DNA from: Spirochaetia bacterium
GTDB taxonomy: Bacteria; Spirochaetota; Spirochaetia; SZUA-6; Bin103
Length of the DNA: 64,000 nucleotides
Assembly: GCA_965203905.1 (NCBI GenBank)
Contig: CBDBDQ010000005.1
Coordinates: 2,656,001-2,720,000, forward strand
Reading direction: 5' to 3'
Positions 62,330-64,000 of this stretch are shown piece by piece. A program made the position numbers and the translations under genes. The number at the start of each line of letters is the position of its first letter. Position 1 is the first letter of the stretch. The notes beneath the pieces were generated by a model, which made no database searches, was not told the DNA's origin, and saw only the letters and a list, made by a program, of their open reading frames with translations.

Positions 62330-63135
62330 GCCGGCCGTCGCCACAGCAGGGGGTTCTGCGCCTCGTCGTTGAGCAGATCGCCCACCTTCAGCGCCGCGAC
62401 CTGCTCGTCCGAAAGAATGTTCTGCTTGCCATTGAAGGTGCAGCCGTCGGGCATGTAGCCGGCGGTCATGGCGCGCCGCCAGTTGGGCGTCATGTTGGGA
62501 CCCGCACCGTGCGCCAGCAGGCCGTTGTGGAAGCCGGCGTCGCCGGGCTCCATCTCGCCCGCCACCGGCATCACGTCGCGGTACTGCGGAAACTGTTCGA
62601 AGAACAGTCCCATCTCCTGGGAGATGGCGACGTCGTCCCAGGAGCCGATCTTGTGGCTGCCCGGCAGGTAGTACATGCAGCCGTTCTGCAGCGTTGCCGG
62701 ATCGAGGGCGATCCAGATGGAGATGGCGTGGCGCGAGGAGTACGACCACTTGGGGTTGTCCGCGTGCCAGGCGGTGGGATTGGCCCACGGCTGCTTCTGC
62801 AGGGTCTGGTCGTGCCAGAGGCGAATGGCGTCGATCCCCTCCAGCCGGCACAGCATCCGGCCCAGCTCCGGGGCCAGCATGTACTTCTTGACGGTGTCGT
62901 TGATCTTCCACAGGTTGAGGCGCTGCACGAACACCCGGTCATAGTAGGTGTCGCTCTCCTTCCATCTTTCCTGCAGTTCGCCGCCGGCCAGCTTGTAGCG
63001 CCCCAACTGCTCGACCGCCGCTTCGATGCCGGCCAGCAGCTCGTCCCGCTCGGTCAGACTCAGAAACCCGCGCTTCACCACGAACCCGTCGCGCTGATAG
63101 GAGGCAATCTGCTCGTCAGTCAATTCCGTGTTCAT
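62326..63135 (-). CDS. PhyH family dioxygenase
   Basis: WHAD, NGCM..PGSH, FHNGLLAHGAGPN. Confidence 0.92.
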   Translation of the reverse strand: MNTELTDEQIASYQRDGFVVKRGFLSLTERDELLAGIEAAVEQLGRYKLAGGELQERWKESDTYYDRVFVQRLNLWKINDTVKKYMLAPELGRMLCRLEGIDAIRLWHDQTLQKQPWANPTAWHADNPKWSYSSRHAISIWIALDPATLQNGCMYYLPGSHKIGSWDDVAISQEMGLFFEQFPQYRDVMPVAGEMEPGDAGFHNGLLAHGAGPNMTPNWRRAMTAGYMPDGCTFNGKQNILSDEQVAALKVGDLLNDEAQNPLLWRRPA

Positions 63136-63270
63136 CCATCAACTCCCTTGAATCGGACCGTGTCCGCTCGAGGCTCTCCACGTACAACCGCGGACCGCGC
63201 CCTCACGTGGGTAGCTCTCGCCCGGCATTGCCGCCGCCGAGACTGTACCCCCAATCCTCGGCGTGCGTCG

Positions 63271-63738
63271 CTACGCCTTCAGTTGCCGCAAGAGCAGCGG
63301 TGAAATCCGATAGCCGCGCTCGGCCATTCGTTGGACTACTACTTCGGCGCTCTTGATGAGCGATCTCGTCTCGGCCATATGCAGCATACGAGCGGTCCCG
63401 ATGAAATTGACTCCCTGCCGCATTGCCTCGCGCCGCGCCAGCCGGTCGTCCATGATCAACAGGGCCTTGTCGGTTTCGAGTGCCAGTTGTATCGCCTCGA
63501 CTTCCCCGCTTCCAAGGCTCAGAGGAAGCGATCGTCGGGTGGCTACTGATACGACCTCCAGCCATCCCTCGTTCGCGGCTCGTTCGATTCGCCGGCTGTC
63601 AGCTCCCGGCCGCTCTCGGCACTCATGCCAGACCGCCTCAGGAACATGGAGCCGGGAGAAGAGATCTCGTGGAATGAAGAGCGAGTCGACCTTGGCGAGG
63701 GCGATCAGGGGGCCGGCATCGCTTATGACCGTAGCCAC
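63271..63738 (-). CDS. DUF3368 PIN-domain protein
   Basis: SDAGPLIAL, GEVEAI, MDDRLAR, GYRIS. Confidence 0.88.
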   Translation of the reverse strand: MATVISDAGPLIALAKVDSLFIPRDLFSRLHVPEAVWHECRERPGADSRRIERAANEGWLEVVSVATRRSLPLSLGSGEVEAIQLALETDKALLIMDDRLARREAMRQGVNFIGTARMLHMAETRSLIKSAEVVVQRMAERGYRISPLLLRQLKA

Positions 63739-64000
63739 GTGGTAACGTCGCCGGTCTCGCTGTCCGTAGTCTCGTCGTGGCGAACGATCTCTATGCCCAG
63801 GCTACCCAGATGCTCGACAAACTCGCTCAAGGAAAGCCCGCTGATTTTCGCGGCCTTGCCGAGTGACACGCCGCCGCCGTTGTAAAGACTTGCCGCTAGG
63901 GCCGGGCGCATGCCGGCTTCGGTTTCAGTCAACGACTTGTCCAGATGCAGCAGCAGGGCGTCCGGTTCGTTCCCCTTCAGGATCAGGACCGGACCTTCCC
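63723..64000 (-). CDS. UPF0175 family antitoxin (5' end outside window)
   Basis: LY..GGVSLGKAAKISGLSLSEF. Confidence 0.85.
   Translation of the reverse strand, partial: EGPVLILKGNEPDALLLHLDKSLTETEAGMRPALAASLYNGGGVSLGKAAKISGLSLSEFVEHLGSLGIEIVRHDETTDSETGDVTTWLRS

Noticed and set aside
61022-62911. Apparent long fusion ORFs (also 9745..11676, 29351..31168, 50986..52470, 52965..54686)
   Set aside because: Upstream extensions overlap other real genes; true starts lie downstream

Overview
High-GC bacterial window. Spirochaete-style signal peptides, five PhyH dioxygenases, RTX and collagen-repeat proteins and many toxin-antitoxin (TA) modules suggest a host-associated (possibly sponge) Spirochaetota genome; this taxonomy is inference. 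The backbone holds two peptide/nickel-type ABC operons, MFS transporters, mraY, purF, nudC, an Fe3+ binding protein, a K+ channel and a DUF350 cluster. It is punctuated by accessory DNA: an intact IS110 whose left end carries readable bridge-RNA-like guides, a RIT element with 88-bp terminal inverted repeats, MNT-HEPN, AbiEii, RosmerTA-like, DUF433 and UPF0175 TA pairs, an SBD-HNH nuclease and an eroded REase-STAND-like gene. The most notable unexplained structures are (i) cargo repeatedly bracketed by an intact gene and a second copy of its 3' end with no integrase, (ii) an AT-rich palindromic non-coding element present twice near such junctions, and (iii) a palindrome array inside the linker of an HNH gene. 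Several single-base frameshifts in short G/C runs may be assembly errors. No rRNA, tRNA or CRISPR array was seen. Family calls come from motif recognition, not database searches.
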